Origin: Nemertoderma westbladi
Taxonomy: Eukaryota > Animalia > Xenacoelomorpha
Assembly (NCBI GenBank): GCA_032718475.1
Contig: JAUCBJ010006012.1
Span: 1 to 43,746 of the forward strand
Direction: 5' to 3'
DNA: 43,746 nucleotides
This document shows positions 21,590-34,519 of this stretch, piece after piece. Position numbers and translations under genes: made by a program. Positions within the stretch are counted from its first letter, which is position 1, and every line of letters starts with the position of its first letter. Under the pieces are notes generated by a model. The model was given only the letters and a program-made list of their open reading frames with translations, searched no databases and was not told where the DNA came from.

Positions 21590-21990
21590 TCCATACAATA
21601 TTTTCCACTTTTGTGTACTCCACCCTGGACTCTATGCTCAACAAGAATGATTCACTGGGTTCATTATGCATAAGTTTAATGCTCACATCTCGAATCAGAC
21701 ACTATTGCTATTGGAGGTGTCTCATTGGTCCACCACTTAAGCTTGACACTTGAACAGAGCTACGTCATCTTTGCAGGACAGTGCTTTCACCCTGAGGACA
21801 GTGAGTGCACGTCTTGTGATTGAGCAGCTCATGGAGAGAATAAGCTTGGTGGAGAGTCCATGATTTACTTGAGACGCTTCTGAAAGGACGCTGGACTTAG
21901 TTGCGGATAATCACACCCAAGCTATGGGGGATATGGGGATTGTGGCGGCGCAATTTTATTGACCAGCCGGCATAGCATCCTCATATATGA
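21590..21990 (+). mobile_element. RTE-type LINE 3' remnant
   Basis: DNA similarity to 22200-22590 (ATTGGAGGTGTCTCATT, AAGCTTGA.ACT.GAACA, TTGAGACGC.TC..AAAGGAC.CTG, GCAATTTT.TTGACC.GC). Confidence 0.7.
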
Positions 21991-22134
21991 CTAGTGCTCC
22001 TATCCAATGCAGTTTGCCGATAGCACATCATGCAATAGGGGGGAAAGGGAGTATCCACCCTTCACTTATAGTGACCCAATCAAACCAAATTATACGCTAA
22101 GCTTTTTAGGATTTGTAAGTTACACAGAATACGT

Positions 22135-22600
22135 CGGAAACTTAAGGTCCGATTAATTAGAGCAGCAGTAGTTACAGTACTCCTCTACGGGAGTCCATGC
22201 TGGGCTCTAACTGCTGAGGACACCAAATCTCTCGATGGCACATTCACAAGAATTATACGGGTTCCTGTGTCAAGTACAACCAGACAGTCACCAAACAGAC
22301 ACTAAATAACATTGGAGGTGTCTCATTAGTTCCCCCAAGCTTGATACTAGAACAAAGCCGCCTCCGCTTTGTAGGTCATTGTTTTCGCCGTGAAGACCAG
22401 CCTGTGCACAATCTTATGCTTTGGCAGCCCCATGAAGAAAATAAGCATCGTGAGCAGCCCATGACTTTCTTGAGACGCCTCCTAAAGGACACTGACCTTG
22501 AAGATGCGGATAATCACGTGAAAGTTATGGGTGATAGGGAATTGTGGCGGTGCAATTTTGTTGACCCGGCACAGCATTCTTAATGCACGCTGCATTGGAG
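22135..22600 (+). mobile_element. RTE-type LINE 3' remnant
   Basis: LKVRLIRAAVVTVLLYGSPCWALT....SLDGTFTRIIR, then RLRFVGHCFRREDQPVHNLMLWQP...MGDRELWR. Confidence 0.8.
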
Positions 22601-23800
22601 CATTCCAATTGTGGATTGAAAAAAAATATTTTTGTTAAGCCAGCATAGCATCTCAATGTGCAGCTTCAATGCACAGGCCGATTATAATAAGTAGGCCTAG
22701 TGGTATATTACTAAAGCGAAACCGGAAACACACTTGGCTTTGTATCTGATTCCATGGAGAATGGCTCCAAGAGAGGGACACGTCGTCAACCTAGAAATGG
22801 AACTCGAATTGACACTAACCCGGGAGATGTTCAAAAGTAGGTAAATATGTATCATACTCAGTACTCAGGGTGTCAATCTATGGATTTCTGAACCCCAAAA
22901 TCCAGAGTATTGTTGATGATAATGCCGTTGGTCTATGCTACGAAGCACAGCAAAATGTATTATTACTTTGGAAAAATTATGAGATATAACATATATTTTC
23001 GTGTAAATTATAAACTGTAGCATATTTGCTCCAAATGTAGGAAGGCTAGATTACTCGAGTTTAAACGAAGTTCAATATTAGCTCTTGAGCATCCCATTCC
23101 TAGACCCCACTACGAAACTGAACCTTGACCCGCCCACCCTGTAGAGACTATGGATGGAGTGGTTTTAACGTTCCTACTGTAGCAAGAATTAAACATTTTC
23201 GTTTTAGATTAGTAGAGTTTGATCGAGGTTCATTCAGTATTAGCCAATCACGGCATCGCATTTCTATCTGACCTCAAAAATTTGGGAGTTAACTTAGATT
23301 TAGCGTATCTAGCAGTGTTGAAAAAGATTGGCAAAATCGTTATAGCCATTTTGAATTTGATCACTCACTCACTCAACAAACACAGATTCAACTCAGTGCT
23401 GACTTGTAACAGCAAGCAACCTTCGATTCCTAATAATTGAACTCCCTTTGGTCCAATTTATTTATTCATTAACATCTGCGGGTCACAGATTCTTTATATT
23501 AATCAACTCATGCCAATTAATTCATATAGCTGAACGTAGCCACTAAATAGTTGTCGAAATACGCAAGGATTATATCACTACCTAACATAACGTTATCTTG
23601 ATTAACCAATCGTACCAGGGCGGGTTGCGAGTCTGTTGTACGCCCGATACTCGGGTTATTATTTTTCAACTACAATTGTACTGTCAAAGATACAGTAGGC
23701 CTATATGGGGCTATACTTGCATTTCCCTTCAATGCTTTCTATATGACTTATTCACTTTGACATTTATCACAATTTTAAAATTATTTTATGGGACTTCAGT

Positions 23801-26800
23801 ATATACTATTATTTTATTATTATTATTATAGCTTCCTTATATACTATTATTTTATTATCATTATAGCTTCCTTATATACTATTATTTTATTATTATTATA
23901 GCCTCCTTATATACTATTATTTTATTATTATTATAGCCTCCTTATATACTATTATTTTATTATTATTATAGCTTCCTTATATACTATTATTTTATTATTA
24001 TTATAGCCTCCTTATATACTATTATTTTATTATTATTATAGCCTCCTTATATACTATTATTTTATTATTATTATAGCTTCCTTATATACTATTATTTTAT
24101 TATTATTATAGCTTCCTTATTATACTATTATTTTATTATTATTATAGCTTCCTTATATACTATTATTTTATTATTATTATAGCCTCCTTATATACTATTA
24201 TTTTATTATTATTATAGCCTCCTTATATACTATTATTTTATTATTATTATAGCTTCCTTATATACTATTATTTTATTATTATTATAGCCTCCTTATATAC
24301 TATTATTTTATTATTATTATAGCCTCCTTATATACTATTATTTTATTATTATTATAGCCTCCTTATATACTATTATTTTATTATTATTATAGCCTCCTTA
24401 TATACTATTATTTTATTATTATTATAGCCTCCTTATATACTATTATTTTATTATTATTATAGCCTCCTTATATACTATTATTTTATTATTATTATAGCTT
24501 CCTTATATACTATTATTTTATTATTATTATAGCTTCCTTATATACTATTATTTTATTATTATTATAGCTTCCTTATATACTATTATTTTATTATTATTAT
24601 AGCCTCCTTATATACTATTATTTTATTATTATTATAGCTTCCTTATATACTATTATTTTATTATTATTATAGCTTCCTTATATACTATTATTTTATTATT
24701 ATTATAGCTTCCTTATATACTATTATTTTATTATTATTATAGCTTCCTTATATACTATTATTTTATTATTATTATAGCCTCCTTATATACTATTATTTTA
24801 TTATTATTATAGCCTCCTTATATACTATTATTGTATTATTATTATAGCCTCCTTATATACTATTATTTTATTATTATTATAGCCTCCTTATATACTATTA
24901 TTTTATTATTATTATAGCCTCCTTATATACTATTATTTTATTATTATTATAGCCTCCTTATATACTATTATTTTATTATTATTATAGCCTCCTTATATAC
25001 TATTATTTTATTATTATTATAGCCTCCTTATATACTATTATTTTATTATTATTATAGCCTCCTTATATACTATTATTTTATTATTATTATAGCCTCCTTA
25101 TATACTATTATTTTATTATTATTATAGCCTCCTTATATACTATTATTTTATTATTATTATAGCCTCCTTATATACTATTATTTTATTATTATTATAGCTT
25201 CCTTATATACTATTATTTTATTATTATTATAGCTTCCTTATATACTATTATTTTATTATTATTATAGCTTCCTTATATACTATTATTTTATTATTATTAT
25301 AGCTTCCTTATATACTATTATTTTATTATTATTATAGCCTCCTTATATACTATTATTTTATTATTATTATAGCCTCCTTATATACTATTATTGTATTATT
25401 ATTATAGCCTCCTTATATACTATTATTTTATTATTATTATAGCCTCCTTATATACTATTATTTTATTATTATTATAGCTTCCTTATATACTATTATTTTA
25501 TTATTATTATAGCCTCCTTATATACTATTATTTTATTATTATTATAGCCTCCTTATATACTATTATTGTATTATTATTATAGCCTCCTTATATACTATTA
25601 TTTTATTATTATTATAGCCTCCTTATATACTATTATTTTATTATTATTATAGCCTCCTTATATACTATTATTTTATTATTATTATAGCCTCCTTATATAC
25701 TATTATTTTATTATTATTATAGCCTCCTTATATACTATTATTATATTATTATTATAGCTTCCTTATTATACTATTATTTTATTATTATTATAGCTTCCTT
25801 ATATACTATTATTTTATTATTATTATAGCCTCCTTATATACTATTATTTTATTATTATTATAGCCTCCTTATATACTATTATTTTATTATTATTATAGCC
25901 TCCTTATATACTATTATTTTATTATTATAGCCTCCTTATATACTATTATTTTATTATTATTATAGCTTCCTTATATACTATTATTTTATTATTATTATAG
26001 CCTCCTTATATACTATTATTTTATTATTATTATAGCCTCCTTATATACTATTATTTTATTATTATTATAGCCTCCTTATATACTATTATTTTATTATTAT
26101 TATAGCTTCCTTATATACTATTATTTTATTATTATTATAGCCTCCTTATATACTATTATTTTATTATTATTATAGCTTCCTTATATACTATTATTTTATT
26201 ATTATTATAGCCTCCTTATATACTATTATTTTATTATTATTATAGCCTCCTTATATACTATTATTTTATTATTATTATAGCCTCCTTATATACTATTATT
26301 TTATTATTATTATAGCTTCCGTATATACTATTATTTTATTATTATTATAGCTTCCTTATATACTATTATTTTATTATTATTATAGCTTCCTTATATACTA
26401 TTATTTTATTATTATTATAGCTTCCTTATATACTATTATTTTATTATTATTATAGCCTCCTTATATACTATTATTTTATTATTATTATAGCCTCCTTATA
26501 GCCTCCTTATATACTATTATTTTATTATTATTATAGCTTCCTTATATACTATTATTTTATTATTATTATAGCTTCCTTATATACTATTATTTTATTATTA
26601 TTATAGCTTCCTTATATACTATTATTTTATTATTATTATAGCCTTCTTATAGCCTCCTTATATACCATTATTTTATTATTATTATAGCTTCCTTATATAC
26701 TATTATTTTATTATTATTATAGCTTCCTTATATACTATTATTTTATTATTATTATAGCCTCCTTATATACTATTATTTTATTATTATTATAGCCTTCTTA

Positions 26801-27060
26801 TATACTATTATTTTATTATTATTATAGCCTCCTTATATACTATTATTTTATTATTATTATAGCCTCCTTATATACTATTATTTTATTATTATTATAGCCT
26901 TCTTATATACTATTATTTTATTATTATTATAGCCTTCTTATATACTATTATTTTATTATTATTATAGCCTTCTTATATACTATTATTTTATTATTATTAT
27001 AGCCTCCTTATATACTATTATTTTATTATTATTATAGCCTTCTTATAGCCTCCTTATATA
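23801..27060. repeat. 35-bp AT-rich satellite, about 93 copies
   Basis: Unit AGCYTCCTTATATACTATTATTTTATTATTATTAT; the main variants are GCTTCC, GCCTCC and GCCTTC. Confidence 0.98.
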
Positions 27061-28489
27061 CGCACTGCATTTCATGTTATTACTGTAACATTTATTGAAT
27101 ACCCAATCAATAATCTGTAACCATGACTACATCAGTCACTTTTTGATCTCTTTTCTTTTAAAATACAATAACAATTGAGTTAACGAGGAATGAAGGTCAT
27201 TAACAAATATCCTGTATAAATATACTGTATATCACTAACATAATTCCGACATATTTAACATAACGCAGCGATGATGGCCACTAAAATAAGTCTGCGAGGA
27301 AGGTGACTAACATAACAAACATTGTGATAAATTATATGATGTGTAAAATCTCGGCACCTCAACTTTCCTCTATAAAATTCCACCTGTAACCGCTGTGTGG
27401 CATGATACGCATAGCGGGCACTGCAGAGTAGTAATTAGTAGGACAGCTGAATGATGGAATAGAGGGAGCTGGGATTGATTGATTTGTTAGGCTGGCAGAG
27501 GCATTCACTCCCGTACTATTAGAGTGTTTGTAACGCTAGTCCATAATCACTCTTGCTTCCATTTGTAGCATAGAATTAGGAATTGTGGTTCTATAATAAA
27601 ACGTCAATACTGGCTGTCAATAACAAACGATAAAGTATTTAAGTTACTTCATTAAATATTATAAAGATCAATTCGTTTCACGCTTGCCATTCTTTGTAAT
27701 ATTATTTATTATTGAATTGGTTGCAGTTGCAGTAATTGCGCACTTCACTTTGCGGTTGAAGAAATTCAATTGTAAATTTTGCGTAATGCGTTTTGAATTC
27801 TTTATTATTCATAGGCAGCAGCTCCAGCCCCAGGCAGCTTCTTACAAACTTAATTAGTTTTTATTTTGTAGATTGTAGACCCTTTACTTATTTAGCGTAT
27901 TTTCATTGTGTGATATTTGTATGCGTGTAATTAATACATTGGGTGAGTTTTGAGTACCGGTATGCTGGTATCGGTAAAGTACCAAAATGTATAAAAATAT
28001 ACTAGCATATTTAATGTAAATACATGACCTCATATAAAACAAATCTGTTAATACTTAAGTTATACATAAGAAATACTTAAGTTGTTTTAAAAAAAAAACA
28101 GAAAATAGCAGCAAAAACAACTTAAGCGCCAAATTGTGCACAAAAATCAATATTGTGGAGTAAAAGATGCACATATGAAATTTTTAACATTGCAGGTCGA
28201 AAGTATAAACAGTGCTGAACATTTTTGTCGAAAACACAATAAAAAATAACCAAAATCCGAATTATAATCAACAAATCGTCGTTCCTGAACAATTTTGATT
28301 ACGGCGTTTAAAGTGTTGTTCTTTCAAGACAGGGACGATTTAATGAAGTCAAAGATTAGAACTCAAGTAATTATATGCCTTACAGTGTGTCAATTTGTTT
28401 TAATATATTCCAAATTTTAACAATGTTTTGCTGCAACAGTTGTTATTATTTTTGGGAGTAACATGCTGTAATTTGCGTTGATTTTCACC

Positions 28490-28755
28490 TCAACTTGGTT
28501 TTGGCAAGTTTGTTGTATCAATTTGGTTTTGGCAAGTTTATTGTGGCAATTTGGTTTTGGCAAGTTTATTGTAGTAAGTCAATTTGGTTTGGCAAGTTTA
28601 TTGTGTCAATTTGGTTTTGGCAAGTTAAGTTTATTGTGTCAATTTGGTTTTGGCAAGTTTATTGTGTCAATTTGGTTTTGGCAAGTTAAGTTTATTGTGT
28701 CAATTTGGTTTTGGCAAGTTTATTGTGTCAATTTGGTTTTGGCAAGTTTGTTGTA
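28490..28755. repeat. About 28-bp minisatellite, about 9 copies
   Basis: Unit TTTATTGTGTCAATTTGGTTTTGGCAAG with occasional 5-bp insertions. Confidence 0.93.
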
Positions 28756-29800
28756 AGTTTTCGGTGTTGTTTGTGTTCGGGGTGTGCGAGTAATTAATTT
28801 TTGAGTTAAATTAACGAACGGATATTATTTGCTACAGATGCTGCGGGAATTCCATTGATTTTATAGTGAACTTCTTCCGAAATGAATCAATGGTACAGTA
28901 GCATTTTGCCTCTGCCAAGGCATTTGGCACTGCGCTCCCTACCCATCAGTCTACTGGGTGCCGGGTGGTCTCGGTTTAGCTTTAGAGAGAATGGGCGGAG
29001 CAGTTTGTATTGGGTGGTCTTGCTTTATTACATAAACTGACGGGCGACGGCTAACGTAATGAATACGCAATCATGTTCCTGCAATGTGCTTTTGACATTT
29101 ACAGTATTGAATACATGTCACAATTTTACTTTGTGCCGTGCTGTTGTTTACTTCGTGGCAAGAGCCACCTGCCCCCCCACCCCCCCACATTTTCTATGTG
29201 AATAATATCTGAATATTTAATTTGGGATGTAATTTTAAAAAAATTTGTCAAAATTTGTGTAAAAGAGCAAAGTAAACCACAAAACCAGTCGACTCCAAAT
29301 ATAAATAATTTGTGATTAAAATGTTACAGTGACCCACAACGGCCATAGTTTTCACAACAAAAACTCAACGCTCATCTATGGGAAGTCCAAAAAGATTAAA
29401 TTTTAAAAAGTTGAAGTGTTCGTAATATTGCAAATGAGTTTTTTTTCTACGGTCAATACGGTTAAGGTTGTAGCCAATCGTACATTGGGTGATCGCCACA
29501 TTATTGCTTTTTCTAGTAACGATAATGTTAAACGGTGAAAACCGTATCGTATACTGTGGGACATGTACGTGGGACGTGTGGGACTGTGCGTACGTATCTG
29601 TGGGACATGCTGAAATTTTACAATTTGGAAGCGGAAATAGGCCTACCTTTAATTGTTGCAAGTCACTTTTTTGTCAATGTCGTTAACAAGTTTGACAAAA
29701 AAAGAACACTTTTTTTGTCAACAAAAAAAGAAATGTTTCCATGACATTAATAATTAACATTGCATTTAAATGGGTAATAGATTAAATAGATAATTTCTAA

Positions 29801-29995
29801 TACTAGCTAGTTTTTGCTATTTTTTTTATAAATGTTATAGAACACGTGTTAGCTTTCAATTTTGATAAATAAATTTGTTCTAGAACACATTTTATGTTTT
29901 TTATACTAGCTAGTTTTTTCTACTTTTTATAAATGTTATAGAACAAGTGTTAGTTATCAATTTTGATAAATATTTCTCTTCTAGAACACATTTTT
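29801..29995. repeat. Diverged tandem duplication of about 100 bp
   Basis: TACTAGCTAGTTTTT...TTCTAGAACACATTTT occurs at about 29801-29893 and 29904-29995. Confidence 0.85.
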
Positions 29996-30144
29996 TCTAA
30001 AAATTGCATGAAATTTGAAACAGAGATATGGTTTCACCTACCTCCTCCTTACTGGGTGAACCAGTATTGTTGTCAGGCTACAGAACCTGCGGTTATTCTT
30101 ATAGTGATTACTGTAAGAAATCTTTCAATGCAAGGATTCTAATT

Positions 30145-30410
30145 ACACCGTTGTTTTGGTTATATAGAATGTTATACACATCAGCAACTTGTTTGCAATT
30201 TTCTGAGGGTCCGACTCTCCCTCAACGCAGTCACTAATTAGGTTACAGTTACCCCTTAACTTGCGAATATGTGCGAAAATATCCATGCCACCTGTAACCG
30301 AAGCGCGTAAAAGGTTATCACGCTTAATCTTGCTTTCCGCATTTTTTAAACGGCGAACGGCGTATTTAAACTGTAATCTAGTTCTTTGTTTAATTTGCCA
30401 CAAAACATTT
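30145..30410 (-). mobile_element. Inverted LINE ORF2 linker fragment, same family as 30430-37020
   Basis: LWQIKQRTRLQFKYAVRRLK...IRKLRGNCNLISDCVEGESDPQKIANK; 30153-30242 is the reverse complement of about 35173-35263 with about 2 differences. Confidence 0.85.
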
Positions 30411-31630
30411 AGAATTTAGATTTAAACTTTTTTATTAGAAAGTTGCAATTTCAAGCTGAAACAATTTTTTCCTGATTGTAATTTTCATTATATACCGGCA
30501 TATTTTTCCGATAATAACACTAATCATGTTGGTAGGCCGATTGGAGGCCTTTGTATTCTGCGGAAAAAAGAACTTACCAAGTATATAACAAAGTTACAAT
30601 GTAGTAAGAATAAACGGTTTCACGGAATTAAAATGTCGCTACCGATACCTGGTTCAGATATTATTATATTAAACTCATATTTTCCGACTGACACTCATTC
30701 ACGTAAACACAGTTTCTGACGAAACTATGCCCTTAATTGACGTTATCTCTAATGTTCTGTCGGAGAATGTGGGTTCTAATTTCTTATGGTCCGGAGATTT
30801 AAATACAGATTTCTCCCGTGTTTCGTATTATTCGTGAGTTTTTGGTTGATAATAATTTAAATACTATCTGGGATTCGATTAACGTTGATTATACTTATTT
30901 ACATTGTAGTGATAACAGAGTTGTAAATTCTACCATTGACCATTTTATAGTTAATAATACCCTACATAATTTTTGCTTTGAGGCGGATTCAGTACACACT
31001 GGTGCCAATTTATCAGGGCATTCACCCATTTTTGCTAAATTTATATTACAGATTTAAATAAAAGTACAGTTGAACCAGGTTTTCCTATTAAGTCTCATTA
31101 TGCACGAGCCAATGCAGCTCAGAGGGACAATTTTATTGGATCTCTAGAAGAGAATTAGAATTCGTGTACAATAGATAAGTGCTTGTAATAGCTGTTCGGA
31201 TATTCATTGTGCGATTTTGTACCATAGAAAACATAGTCTCTTTTAAGAATTTTTTACTGGGCGGCACAGTCACTCGCCATGGCAAATTGTATGAGTGGGG
31301 GGGGGGGGGGGGGGGGAATTTGATACACATTTTTAATGTGTGTGAACGAAAAACTATTAAGCATACTGTAATATATTGTTTATTGACAATAATGGGTATA
31401 ATTTCTATAAGAAGCAACAACTAATTTTACAAAACATAATTAAATCATTATTTTACATAAATATTAAATTATAATAGAAAATGTGGCACCTATACCGCCA
31501 AGATGGGATTTGCGTCCACTTCCTCTGTCTATATAAAGCTGTAAAAGTGCTAGATTATAAGACTTGAATTTTATCTTATAATAATTATTTATTTAATAAA
31601 TAATTAAATTATTGTCGGCCAAAATATACT

Positions 31631-31907
31631 CGCCCATGTGAAGAATTCCAGGATTTAACTTTTCGGTCGACTTTTTATTGGAATTTTATATATGAAGATT
31701 TTGTATTTTTTTAATTTATCTTTATTAAGTGTTTTATAGCGCTAATTTCTGTCTTATAACCTGTACAGATAATAATTAGTTTATTGTTTTGGTTAGATTC
31801 AGCCCTTCTGAAACCTGTGGTTATAGTGAAAACCTGGTATTCTTCACATGGGGGTAACTGCAAAGTGAAATATAATGGCAGAAAGTCTGGTATTCTTCAC
31901 ATGGGCC
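31631..31907. mobile_element. MULE-like MITE nested in the hAT-like element
   Basis: TIRs GCCCATGTGAAGAATTCCAG and CTGGTATTCTTCACATGGGC; AAATATACT flanks both sides (31622-31630, 31909-31917), consistent with a 9-10-bp TSD. Confidence 0.7.
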
Positions 31908-32155
31908 TAAATATACTTATTAAAAATAATATAATTAAATTTATAAGAAAAATAATATCAGTATCATAAATAAATAAATAAATATACAGTATCATAAAAA
32001 TCATTATTAAAACTTAATAAATTATTATTAATAAAATAATAATAGTATTATTATAATTATAATTATAATTATATCAAATTATTAATAAATGTACATAGAC
32101 GAACCCTAATAAGTAGTTAAACACTTAATTTTTAAAACCAATTTATTACATAATA

Positions 32156-34519
32156 GGGTCGTTCTCACAAAAAGTGGCCAAACTTTTATGTCAAAATGTC
32201 CATGCATTCGCACGGTTATATTTCCAAACGACACAGATTTAACCCCATGAACCTATATACCAATCGGAAGAGCGGAAATCTGCTCATATTTCAGCAAATT
32301 TTCAACAGATTCCATTCACAACCTAGAGAATGACACCATTTCAAATATCGAAAATGCATGTTTTTTGAAATGTCACATTGAATTATTTTGAAATATTTGG
32401 CTTCTGAGCTAAAGCAATGAAAGCAAAGGTTCCACATACCATACATCAAAATAAAGCAAATTTAATGCTCTTTCACATACTATTGGTGGTTTTCAACCGA
32501 AGCTACTCACATTTTATATATTTACTATTTACTAACAATTAATTACGCCGTCACTAGGATTTTGTCCACCATGTAACGCTCGTTTTTATGACATGGTTTT
32601 TTTATATTTATTCACAACATCTCCAAGTGAGATATTTCTAAACGGCGATTTATTTAGCTATCAGCAGGTAAAAAAATTATAAGAATTCGTTCATTAGAAC
32701 TCGAGCGTTGTGCGAAAACGTAAATCTACATAAAATACCGTCATTAGGAATGTCCTCAATGTAACGCTACTTTGAATAGCGATAACTTTTGCTTTACTAA
32801 TCATATCGACACCATTGAGGGCTCATATGAAAGAGCAATCGCAGATCTATCGAATCACATATTTGATTTTAATATAGTTTCAAAACAGACTATAGTCAAC
32901 GCCATGCTAATGAAAAATGTCTTCAATGTCCATCATGTAACGCATGTAACGCTGTCACAATCAATAGCGTTACACTTGAGACATGTCCATCATGTAACGT
33001 AGTTGGGCCTGAACATACCTAGTAGTACGAGTGGCGTTTCTTTTTACAAATTAGGCAGTCAGGGTCAAATTAACAATAGTCGATGGTTTCTGGTTTTCAG
33101 TATTTAGTATAAACTACTGTAGTAGTAATATTATCTGTAGTAAGTAATATTGTATCTGTCTGTAGTCTGTATTACCTAGTACTACCTAAAGGGTTTAGGA
33201 AAAGCTCATGAGTTTGTTTACCTTTCTTTATTTCGGTTCTAAAACAGTACTTCTTAATCGTCATGCAATTACAATTGTCAAACGGAATTAAGCGTGTTGT
33301 GTCCGGTAAGAACTTCTCGATTGAATTTAGTGATGGTGTTACACGTGAAGGACTTAGAGATTAAGTTAGTGATGGCGTTACACGTGAAGGACATAAAGTT
33401 AGTGATGGCGTTACACGTGAAGGACTTAGAGATTAAGTTAGTGATGGCGTTACACGTGAAGGACTTAGTTACACGTGAAGGACTTAGAGATTAAGTTAGT
33501 GATGGCGTTACACGTGAAGGACTTAGAGATTAAGTTAGTGATGGCGTTACACGTGAAGGACTTAGAGATTAAGTTAGTGATGGCGTTACACGTGAAGGAC
33601 TTAGTTACACGTGAAGGACTTAGAGATTAAGTTAGTGATGGCGTTACACGTGAAGGACTTAGAGATTAAGTTAGTGATGGCGTTACACGTGAAGGACTTA
33701 GAGATTAAGTTAGTGATGGCGTTACACGTGAAGGACTTAGTTACACGTGAAGGACTTAGAGATTAAGTTAGTGATGGGATGGCGTTACACGTGAAGGACT
33801 TAGAGATTAAGTTAGTGATGGCGTTACACGTGAAGGACTTAGTTACACGTGAAGGACTTAGAGATTACGTTAGTGATGGGATGGCGTTACACGTGAAGGA
33901 CTTAGAGATTAAGTTAGTGATGGCGTTACACGTGAAGGACTTAGTTACACGTGAAGGACTTAGAGATTACGTTAGTGATGGTTTTAAGGATTCCGTTAAC
34001 TATTTTGTACAATTAGTGTTACAATAGTATGTATATTCATATTGTATGTATGCAATAATACAAACTAAATAATTTGCTGATTTGAAAAATATTATTTTCA
34101 GCCATTGGGTCGATAAATAAATCCGTAAAAAACCCGTATAAATATAAAATAAATCCGTACATGACATTAAAGTGACTGTTGAATTTCTGGTATATATTTT
34201 AAATGTCAAATCCTGGATACTGATTGGCTAACAAGTAGCGTTACATTCGAGACAACGAGTTAGATTGTGGGCGTTCTGTGAAATGAAGGCTTCTGATTGG
34301 CTAACAAGTAGCGTTACACCAAGGACAAAATGTTACATTGTGGACATTAGTTTTTCGCGAATAAAACCTTACGACTTTACTAAAAAAAACGGCCCACTAG
34401 TGTATTCGAAATCGCCTCATCGAGAGCTCTCGAAATATGTATATATTTATATGGTTTTGACAAAAAAAAATTTGACAATTTTTTCTCAAAATTTTGGCCA
34501 CTTTTTGTGAGAACAACCC
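32156..34519. mobile_element. Sola2-like non-autonomous DNA transposon (2364 bp) nested in the hAT-like element
   Basis: TIRs GGGTCGTTCTCACAAAAAGTGGCCAAA and TTTGGCCACTTTTTGTGAGAACAACCC (26/27); 4-bp TSD AATA (32152-32155, 34520-34523). A GRG terminus with a 4-bp TSD fits Sola2. Internal TGTCC-N4-TGTAACGCT motifs occur in both orientations. Confidence 0.85.
33327..33981. repeat. 39-bp satellite with a 19-bp sub-repeat forming 136-bp then 102-bp higher-order units
   Basis: Unit AGTTAGTGATGGCGTTACACGTGAAGGACTTAGAGATTA; the variant junction GGACTTAGTTACACG occurs at 33461, 33597, 33733, 33835 and 33937. Confidence 0.95.

Noticed and set aside
22754-22850. Possible small exon (ATG...AGTAG/GTAAAT) downstream of an ACCGGAAA motif
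   Set aside because: No recognisable protein similarity or downstream exon; lies among LINE relics.
28478-28756. Hydrophobic repetitive ORFs (FGFGK repeats)
   Set aside because: Translation of the 28-bp minisatellite.
33294-34027. ORFs with MALHVKDLEIKLV repeats
   Set aside because: Translation of the 39-bp satellite.
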